Assembly (NCBI GenBank): GCA_964187785.1
Contig: OZ076409.1
Coordinates: 65,660,001 to 65,724,000, forward strand
From: Amphiscolops sp. MND2022
Lineage: Eukaryota
DNA length: 64,000 bases
Reading direction: 5' to 3'
The position numbers were made by a program, and so were the translations under genes. The notes beneath the pieces were generated by a model. The model did not search any database. It saw nothing but the letters and a program-made list of their open reading frames with translations, and was not told the DNA's origin. Position 1 is the stretch's first letter. Each line of letters starts with the position of its first letter. Shown piece by piece: positions 10,683 to 20,292 of this stretch.

Positions 10683-10934
10683 GAAAAGAGTAAATTGCGT
10701 CCAAAAGAACGCTTAGCTCATTTTCTTTTTCCTTTCATTTCTTTTTTTCTGGCCCCGGAAGCTGAATTTTCAGAATAAACAACAAGGCATTAAAGCAATG
10801 ATCCCGCACAAGTGAATAAATATGGGATCATGAAACAAAGAAATGATAGCAGAATACAAATGTGACAACAAAATGAGAAATAAAGAAATCAACAGAGTTT
10901 ACAGTTTGATGTACATAAATACATATGTACAGAA

Positions 10935-13900
10935 TCAGGATTTAGTAGAAGAATCCTTACTAGGACTACCAACGACAGAGGATGACGATGATCGGGAAAC
11001 ACTCCTTCCCTTCTTCCGCTTCTTGCTACTGGGGATCCTTACTGCGGACTGATCTTCAACGGTACTACTCTCTGCCAAATTGACCTGCGTTGAAACCCTC
11101 TTCGGAGCTGAGTCGGCTTTGCGGTGAGTGGACAGGAGAGACTTATAGATTCTTGACCGACCGAAAGTGTCAGTATAAACCCAAGGATCGTACTCTGAGG
11201 AAAAGGCAGCACGTCCAAAGGACTCAGCTAGAGCAGAGAACTTGGCCAAGTGGGAGTCTTCACTGCTCCGTAAAACCGATCCGGCAACATTGGCCATGTA
11301 ACTCTGGCAAGGCAAGACCAGGTCCGTAAATCTGCTTTGCCCTCCTGCAGTGGTGACCTCTCCAAAGGTGACATCTGGGTAACTTGGGCTGACGGTGGTT
11401 GAACACAAACAACTCAATTTGAAGAGATATAACAAGTGTGGACGCTCATGAAGAAAATCAAGCCCCATCAGGAATTGAATCAAATCGGGTTCCACGCTAG
11501 TGATATCAAAGCTGGAACCGAAGGCAGTCTGGAGATGGTCCAGCAACTGAATATACTGGTCCCGACACTGAGACTCATTTGAATCTTCAACCCAAGATCG
11601 AAGTACAAAGGTGTTGTAGAGTACCTCGAAGTGCCGCAAAGCTACATCCGTGGGTCGCTTCAGCATTATATAAGGATCAAAGGCCGCCAATCCTTTTATG
11701 AGGTTGGTGCTGAAAGCTGTCTTCTCGAGTACTCCATTAATCAAAAACTGGATGTACTGCTGGCTGTCCTTGACGAAATCAGCTTTTACCTTATCGGCAG
11801 TGGCCAGGATGGCAGGACGTTCAGTTTTCTGGCCGAAATGGATTCCATCAGCCTTGACTCTGCTTGCCGTTGCCACTCGATTGCTCATCTTGAGACGAAT
11901 CAGGTATTCGTCTCCGGGGAGGAAAGTACCCTCACTGGTCTGGAACCGGAGGAGGAGAAACCAAGCGTTGGCAATTGGGGCAGTGTCCGGAGTATAGATT
12001 CGGGAGCAAAGCAGGCTGAGGAAGCGGCTAACTTCTCCGCATAGATAGAAGGAAGCATCCCGGCGGTATTGCAGATTCACTGTGAAGCTGGAAACGACTA
12101 AAAACAAAACTGATGTCCAACTCAAGACAGTTTTCTCTCACGAAAATTGTACAGGACTACACTCACAGTCATTGACGATCTTGCTGAAGAACTCCAGCTT
12201 AACGGTGAAGAATTCGTCACATATCAGTGACCACTCGAAACTTTGTGCCTGGAACAAACATATGGCCAATTGACGATTGGAAAACGGACCTTTAGTTTGT
12301 TTGACGGATAAGGACAACCCAAACCCTTAGGGGCTTAAGTGCAGATAAGGAAATCTAACCCTTCCTCTGGAGCCAGATCCTTCTTGCAGTGGTGCGTGAT
12401 TAGTGAGGTAGCGCACCACAGACTTCCACTCGGCAATGAGCTCTCGGCAAAGAATGGGCAGGGTTGGTACTTCTAGCTTGCAACTGGTTATGGCCTGAAA
12501 TACCAATTAAACCTGCGTTAGCATGATAGGGATATCTAAACGTCCTGACCCAGTTCCCGTTCCCTAGATGAAGATTCTATAAGAAAACTACTCACCTTGG
12601 TGAGCTCAGGACTTCTGATGACCCAGTCTTCCATGAGAGAACCGCCCAGAGAGACCATCAGAGCTTGCAGGACAGAGAAAAAATCTATTTTCCCAAAGAC
12701 GCTGTAGCTGGTTTTATGCATGAGGCAAGCTAGGGAGAAATGTTCAAATCGAGGACAGCTCTGAACCCCTTGGTTGTAATATCCAGACTCATCAATGGTT
12801 CTGGGTAGATCTGGATGACATCCCGAACAGGCGACTATTCCGGGCTTTGTGGACACAGCGGAGAGGAGGCGAGAAAGAGATCCCAGTTCGCCGGTAACAT
12901 CTGTAGTGAATCGGGAGCTACGACAGACGAACACCCTACAGAGTTCAGACCCCTTCCAGAACTTGATGGACATGTGTTTGAAAATTCCTACTGTTTCAAA
13001 TTCGAGGGAGAAGCACTGTTGGGAGTTGACTTGCTCCGCGATTTCATCAAGACAACAGATGAAGAAATGTTGGAAAATCGCCTAAAGACAGAAAGCACCT
13101 TTTGGACTAAATAGGGAAGAGGAAGACTTAGGAGAGACTGTCAATGAGTGAAGCGAAAAGTACTTACCGACAATCTTTCTTCACCCCAATCAAAATCGTT
13201 GAAACTGCTTTGATGGTTGGTGAACGATCCAATTCGGGACCACAGGTTGCGCAAGACCATCATATCGCCTTGGGTCCTGATGTAATCCCCAACCAGGCAG
13301 AGCTGAGTTTTGAGGCGAGCTTCAGGGGTGGCCATGGTAGTGGTGGAGCCTTTGACGAAGTCGTCATAAAAAGGAAAGCGCTCACCAATGTCCACTAATT
13401 CAACATTCCTGAATTTAGGCAGCTCTCTAGCTAACTCCACCTTGGTCAGGAGTTTCCCGTTCCCACCTCGGACTCGGAGTTGCGTCTTCCCTGTGACTGG
13501 ATCGACACTGCGGAGGTGTTCGTATCGCCAACGCTGGTCTCGCCGCAGATGACGTGCAGTCCGATGGTGCCTGAGGATTTCGTATGGCCCCTTTGACTTT
13601 ATGGAAAAATTCTTTTTACAAATGTGGCACCAGACCATGAGTGGATTATGAAGAGGATCTGCTGGGCCAGAAATGAAGGATCTCGTCCATCCAATTTTGC
13701 TAAAGAATTCCTCCCGCATAGGGACCCCACGTCTGGAGAGGGCCTTGCTTCCTTTCTTCTTTTTAGTCCCGGAGGATCCAGCGCTGGGTGCGGCTAGAGC
13801 TTGGTTCCTAACCTCAAGCAACGTATCATCTTGGCTACTGGACTCTGGGGCATCAATCTCAACATCCTGTGATATGTCTTGACTGGGAGTTTGCGGTTCA

Positions 13901-15159
13901 GGAGCGCCTTGACCTTGTGTGACCTTCTTGAAGGACTTGGTTATAAGATCCATTTCCGTTGCGCTGTCAGTCTCCCCATAATAGGAGGACTCTCCTGTCA
14001 TTTCAGTCTCAGTTGATCCAACATCTCTGTCCCCCAGAGTGGCTTCCCTTTCGGTGTCACTTCCGCTGGAACCTCCCATGGCTGCAGGTCCAGGAGTCTG
14101 AGCTCGTCTACCCGAGTAGAAATGTGCAGTCCTGGATGGAGCAATGGCTGGCCTGCCTCGAACCGCATCAATAACCATTTTTTCCATGGTTGAGAAGGAC
14201 CGTCCTAGAGTCTCATCGGTAAGGACTCTCAACAAGTGATATACTTGCGGCTCTGTGAAGGTGACGGTGGATTGGCCTACGGGGAACCTCGAGGATGGCG
14301 ACTCATCGAAATACTCCTTGAGAATTGCCCGACTCCTTCCTGAGAGGTGTGGTGGTTCTTTCTGAGTTGCGCCTTGCCCGGACGACGGCCCACTGGTACC
14401 TGGAACGTGAGGGTCAGGCCCAGTTTCGTCCCCTCCATCTGTTCCAGAGGCGTGAGAGAAAGGATGACTTCCATATAAAGCTACTGGAGCTATCACGCTG
14501 GACTGGTCGGTTGCCCCCTCATCTCCGCTGGGCTCTGTGAGGTATCGAACTCTTACTTCCCCACCGGGGAGGGGTGGAGCGTCTCCTACCGAGGAAGCTG
14601 CTTCCGTGTCCTGCTGCAGGGTTGGGCTATCTCCAGTGGTGTTGGCTGAAAGATCAATATCCACAAGTTCAACTAATTGGGATCCGGGTGTCCCGACTAC
14701 TCGAAAGGCTGACTCTAGAGCAGAAAGGTCAGCACTTGGGGTCTCCCCCACATTATCAGAAAGTGGGGTGCTCGCTCTTCTAGGCTCAGTGATGGGCGTA
14801 ATGACAGGATCCTTTGGGGTATCAAGATTGACTTCTGAGAATTGGCCTCTTTGCTCTGTCTTCTCTTGCGGAAGGCTTGATGTTTGCGCTCCCTCCAACT
14901 GACGTACCATATTGTCTGCATATGTAGTAACATCTGGGTCACTATCGGCGTTATGGGAAGAAGTGGCTTCGTCAATTCGTTGGCCGTGTGATTCTTGGGA
15001 CGTAGCTGGATGCTGGACTTGCTCAGTCTGTTCAGACAAGGGGTTGCTTGTCGAAACGCTGTCAGAGGGGTTAGCTGGTGTATTCACAACTTCAGTTGTT
15101 TGGTTCTCTAAACGAAAAGAGATAAAATTTGGCGGTATGCTTCCTCGAAAAGAATCCAT
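10935..15159 (-). CDS. Antisense spliced gene of element A: C2H2 zinc-finger, hAT-transposase-like protein (~1285 aa)
   Basis: Exons 15159-13168, 13081-12596, 12494-12360, 12248-12167, 12097-10935, joined by GT-AG introns (86, 101, 111, 69 nt), give 3858 nt in one frame, homologous along its length to the B and C genes. Possible alternative first exon 15323-15308 spliced to 15107. Product identity is inference. Confidence 0.85.
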
Positions 15160-15329
15160 ATTACCGCGTTAGAAATCTTCCGGAAGTATCTTAGACTTGA
15201 ACAAAACGTGTTATCACGTGCCTATTAGTGGAAACAGGAAGCGCTGTACGAACGAAATTTAGCCCTGATCAAGCTAAGCTAGTTCAACATGTGAAAACCA
15301 GACCAACCTGTACTCGAAGACATGCTTCT

Positions 15330-16222
15330 CCAGTATCGTTAGTCCAAAGTAGAAGAATGAGGAACAACGAAGGGACTGTGTGATTGAGCCAATCTCGGCT
15401 GGGGAAGGAAGGAACCAGAGATTCTCTGAGAGGGAGATGCCACTCGTGATGAGAGGAAAGGACGTCGTAATAGCAAAGTGTAACGAATATGCAAATGTGT
15501 TGAATTTGAATGGAGACAAATGGAAGTTAGATGGAATTGAAAATGTAACAATCAGATAGGATCGGAGAGTTGGAGTTCGTGGCTGAAGATTTACCAGACT
15601 AATATTATTCGATTATCTACATATTTAAAACTGTACACGGAGTCTGCCAGCGAAATGTACAGAAAATTCCTCGTTATTTATAACTTCGTTAGTTGAGTGG
15701 CCGATTACGGCCTTTTACCCTACTTACCTTTACCGTTTTGTTCCGTTGCCTTTATTACCCTTAGTTAGAAATCGCCATTTTAGAATAGTCAAAATTATTA
15801 TTTTTCGCCATTTTATTTATTAATTTTTCATTTTATCAACGGGTAATTCTGATTGGCTAACGCCATGTTGAGAAAGAGCTACGACGAGCGCAGTTAATTA
15901 CCTTCAAGCGACCTGTTAATTACCCACTTGAAAATAGTGAAGTTGGTTTTGATGACTCGAGTGTTATTCACACCTCTCCAAGCGGTGTAGTAGATGGGGG
16001 GTAAACATTGGATTATCAAAGGCAGCCAACTAATTATGGAATTCCATTCAAGAACGTTTATGTCGGATTGGGAGATTCGACTGAGGAATTCTACCGCCAC
16101 AACGAATTGCCGGGAAAAGACCGAACTCGGCTAATACCCTAAGTTTGATAAATTCATTCAATCTCATATTTCATCGACAAACAGTTGACTTGCCTAGACT
16201 CAAAATTGCAAAGAAATACATA
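15330..16222. promoter_or_regulatory. Putative internal bidirectional promoter region of element A
   Basis: Non-coding gap between divergent genes. TTGGAGTTCGTGGCT (15570-15584) and GGAGTCTGCCAGCGA (15639-15653) are conserved with element B at identical 54-nt spacing. Reverse CCAAT box (ATTGGCTAA) near 15853. Confidence 0.55.
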
Positions 16223-17005
16223 ATGAGCAAATTTAACCTCTCAAGGAAATTATTTGATCTTGAAGGTTGCGACTCAGATGAATCTACTGATTCAGTAATC
16301 TACATCTCTAGCGACGAAGAAGAGTCCTCATACTGGGAATCGGACTGTTCTACCGACACGGAACAATTAATCGCCCGCATAGAGAAAGAGGTTACGTCGA
16401 GCCCAATGCTGATCGCAGGACGAATTATGACGGTGGACACGACGGAAAATGATATGGTGGCTGGACCAAGCACGTCAAAGACGGACACTGAGATGACACC
16501 TAAACTGGATCACAGGTATTTCGACATAGACAGGTGCTACGCCCCCCCGAAGAAGGCCGGAAAATCAAAAATCGAGATTTGTAGTACGATTTTGCCAGTT
16601 TTGGAGTCGCCCCTATCTCCCCCGGATCACGAAAAGGGCCCAAGCAAAGACACCCCTTTGGTCCAATCAACTAGTGGGAGCTTCCGTGCCTCATATCATA
16701 TTCAGAACTCGAGGCCCTACGACGATATAAGCAGACAACGGTGTACTAGTTGCATGGTCTGCGGGAGAGCAGTAGATGAAATCAAAGAGGAAAAAATCAA
16801 GTGGTATATGGACAGATCGACCCCCAGAGGAGAGCCTGAGTACATCACCAAATTGAGGCGGGAAGCGTACGTGAACGGTCTTAACGCCGGCAGCTTACTT
16901 TTCATTGCACCCGCAGTGTCGCAGGCTGCCGCCTGTGATGGCAACAACTATACGACCTCGGGATACGGACAAGAAATTACCCCAGGTACATTACCCATTT
17001 ATTAA
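16223..17005 (+). CDS. Accessory sense ORF of element A (260 aa; acidic SIM-like N-terminus, CxxCxxC motif), ends inside the 3' LTR
   Basis: Homologous to B 52894-53730 (CTSCMVCG/CTDCLICG, VSQAAACDGN/VSQASACDGN); ATG context aaaattgcaaagaaa...ATG conserved with B. Confidence 0.8.
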   Translation: MSKFNLSRKLFDLEGCDSDESTDSVIYISSDEEESSYWESDCSTDTEQLIARIEKEVTSSPMLIAGRIMTVDTTENDMVAGPSTSKTDTEMTPKLDHRYFDIDRCYAPPKKAGKSKIEICSTILPVLESPLSPPDHEKGPSKDTPLVQSTSGSFRASYHIQNSRPYDDISRQRCTSCMVCGRAVDEIKEEKIKWYMDRSTPRGEPEYITKLRREAYVNGLNAGSLLFIAPAVSQAAACDGNNYTTSGYGQEITPGTLPIY

Positions 17006-18695
17006 ACTCAAAACTGCAATTGCCAAGACTCGCTTTAACTATTTTAGTTTATTTATCCAAACTGAATATTAGTCTGTTAAGTACAATTTGGAATTGTCCA
17101 AATTGGGATGTTTTATGTTGCAAATGTGTTGAATACAATTACAGCAGAGCAATGTAATATAAAGCAACTGTAAGGCAGTATAGGAAACGTGTTCAAGTGA
17201 TGCTAAGCGCTGATCCAAAAGCGTCACTTGAGCGCATTGTCTTATCCAATCAGAGCGCTGTATTTGTTGTGCTATATTAGCTTTGTTGCTATCATGGCCT
17301 AATTAGGCCTATTTCCTAAATAACGCTTGCTGTACTGTATTACTTGGTCAAACGGCCGGTTCCGGCCATTTTGTACAAATAGTTAATTGACGTTGCTTTG
17401 ATAGTAATAACCGGACCTATTATTTCAAATTCACTTTAGTCCACTTGTTGATGCTATAATTATACTCCCCCTCTGCCTAAATGTGAGAAATGAGCATAAT
17501 AATAATTGCAGTTGGAATGAAGCCTCTCCCCACCTTTTCCCAGTGCAAGACTGAAACCCCGGACATGGCCAGTTTCGGCCTCGTGAAAATAACTTGCACC
17601 AATTTCACTGCTGCGTTTGTTGATCATGATTTATTCAATTTGATACGTGAATTAGACGGCACATGGCAAGCCGCGTGGCAGCACGTGCTGTCTCAACACC
17701 TTGTAATAAGGAATGCAATGAACAGTGCATTGTTAACATTTTTGTTATTTGTATTGATGTTAAGTACGTTAGTTATTTGTTTGATGTTAACTCACGGTCG
17801 ATGTAAGTTGGGCACGCCGCCTGTCACACCTATAACCACGTGATGTTTGGAATAACATTTGACCTTACTAGGACGAATTCCTGAAAGTCTTTGAGGTGCT
17901 AACTATCTAACTGTATGTCGGTCCTCATGACCATTAAGGAATTTGTCGATTACAAATGGAATTTGATCACACTTGTAAGGGTATATATAGCAATGTTTCC
18001 TTGAGGTGATTATTAATTCCATACCGATTGTTCAGATCAGTTGATTTGTTTCGCATTTATAGATTGCAAGACTAGATTACCAAATAAAATATTCAACCTT
18101 GAAATCTTGATGCCTACTACAAGGAAACAAAAGAAAGCTAGAAAGTCTAGAGGAATTGAGATGCTTTCTGACTTGGAGAACCTTGACATAATGCTAGGGG
18201 AAAACCACTTCAATAGAAATGAAAGGGACGGAAGTGTTAGTAGCAATTTCGGCAGAAGGCCTGGTAGTACCTCTGCAGATGAACTAGGAAATAATGGTGA
18301 AAACAGGCACTCAGCCACAAGGGACATTGATCCTGGTAATAATGCCGATTATGGTCGAAACTCAATTGGTGGCAACTCTAGTGCTGAGATTAACAAGTTG
18401 TCAAGTGAATTGAACTCTAGATTATCAAGAGAGTTAGATGATATGATGTGTAGTGTCAATTCTCAGATCCAAAGGGCAATTAGTGATGCAATAAGCAACC
18501 AAGTACTCCCACAAATCCAATCCGCCCTTAGTGCCGGGTCAGGACACATGACACAAAACAGATGGGACATTCCGTCCGAGAGACCGGAAATAAATTCCGA
18601 AGGACTGCAAAATACTAACCCCAAAGACAGTTCAACTAGCAAGCATAACCATGACCATCAGAATGATGGTGGTATTAATTTAAATGCTTACGACA
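16917..18695 (+). repeat. 3' LTR of element A (contains truncated gag copy 18110-18730)
   Basis: Direct repeat of 2573-4351 followed by TSD GCTAC. Confidence 0.96.
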
Positions 18696-20292
18696 GCTAC
18701 CAATCCCCCTCCACCACCATACCCTTATGAAGCACAGGTTTCCACCAAAGTTGCACCTTTTGAGCAAGCCCCCATAAAATTAGGCTAATAGTTGTCTAAG
18801 ACTTTACTGGCAAGTATTCTATGTTATGTAAATATGATCGTTTGAATAATGCTGTTCCAACTATACATGTGACGGTATTTAAATCCAAAATTGTGAATTC
18901 AGTATCATCGGGCAATTTTAGTTCTTTTTCAACCTCATCTTTCCTAAGCTGAATTTTTGTGAGAAATATTTTTCTCAATTGACACCTCTGATTGTACAGT
19001 CCTGTGATAAGAGAATGGAACGCCTAATTATTAATAATGCTTGGAATAATTGATTTTACTGCCCTATCTCTGGAACTAGTGATATTCAAGAGGAATGCCT
19101 TTGAAATATTTCTTCTAGTTCTTTGTAATCTAGTTCACATTCGTGTTTGTTCGAATCTCCTATGACAAATACTAGGAAAAAAGTTCTCAATATCTCTCTA
19201 TGTAATATTTGGTTTGCAAATCAAGTTTTTAGTTTTTGTCTATTTCACAAACAATTTTGATTAGTTTTTGTTTATCTGCAGGTTCATCGCTGTCCACTGA
19301 TTGCACAGTGAAACTTTGAGGCACTTAGTATTCACACGTCCGAAGAAAATCGACAATCTCCATTGAATTAATTCCAGTACAAGTACCAAACCAAGATTGG
19401 ATATATACTCGAGTCATAGATTTGTGATTATCTTTTTACATGTATACTGCAGGGAGCTAAAACGTTTTGAGCATAATAAGTGATATGAGGGCACTTTGAA
19501 AAAGTAAATAATGACGAGCTTCCATTTCCAAAGTTTTACATGTTTACAAACTTATCTCATACTAGTTTTCAGACTTACGAAATTAAAGGAATGTAAGTGA
19601 GATAAAAATCCGAGAAACGTTTGTTTCTATCATATTTTCAAAAGTTTGAGTTTTCGAAAAATTCACAAACTCATTAGGCGTTCCAAACTTAATTTCCAAA
19701 CAGTGATTCTATTCTTTTATCACAGGACTGTATTTGTCACTTCATGAAGCATAGGCCCACCAAATTGCACCTCCTGACGTTCATAAGATCCATTAACCAT
19801 AATAAACTTGGGCGGATTTTCAAAATCTATATAATTTTTCAGCTTGTTGCCCCTTTACTTTGTCTATCGAATCGAGTGTAAGGAAGAAATCTTGATGAGT
19901 TGGCGAGAGGAGTACGTGTGTTTGACTCCCGCCTAATCTTTTTGAAAAAGTTTGTAAAGCTCAACGAGAGCAAAGGGTCCCTAATATGAAATTTTCGGCA
20001 CTTTTTGATTTGTCAAAAAATTCCTTTCCCCATTTCATGTTTTTTTTTCATGTTTTCAGTTAGCAAAAACCGTCATTTTCCCTCAATAAGATGTTTATGA
20101 AAACTTTCCATTATTTTTCCCTGAAATTACTTGAAAGACTATTTTTTTAGCCTCAAGCGGGCGCCAATTTGGACACTTTCCGGTTCGTTAGGAACAGTAG
20201 AAACGGTTTGCCACTATTCTGAGGCTTACATTTAAAAAGCGTCCAAAATTATTCAACAAAGCAGAAGTTCAGTAAATTTGGTAATTATATAG

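Larger units (their letters stand above)
2573..18695 (+). mobile_element. Ty3/Gypsy LTR retrotransposon, element A (16,123 bp, apparently intact)
   Basis: Two 1779-bp LTRs TGTCG...CGACA; 5-bp TSD GCTAC (2568-2572, 18696-18700); PBS; gag; pol with domain order PR-RT-RH-IN. Confidence 0.97.

Noticed and set aside
16223..17005. env gene
   Set aside because: No signal peptide, fusion peptide or transmembrane segment in any of the three accessory ORFs
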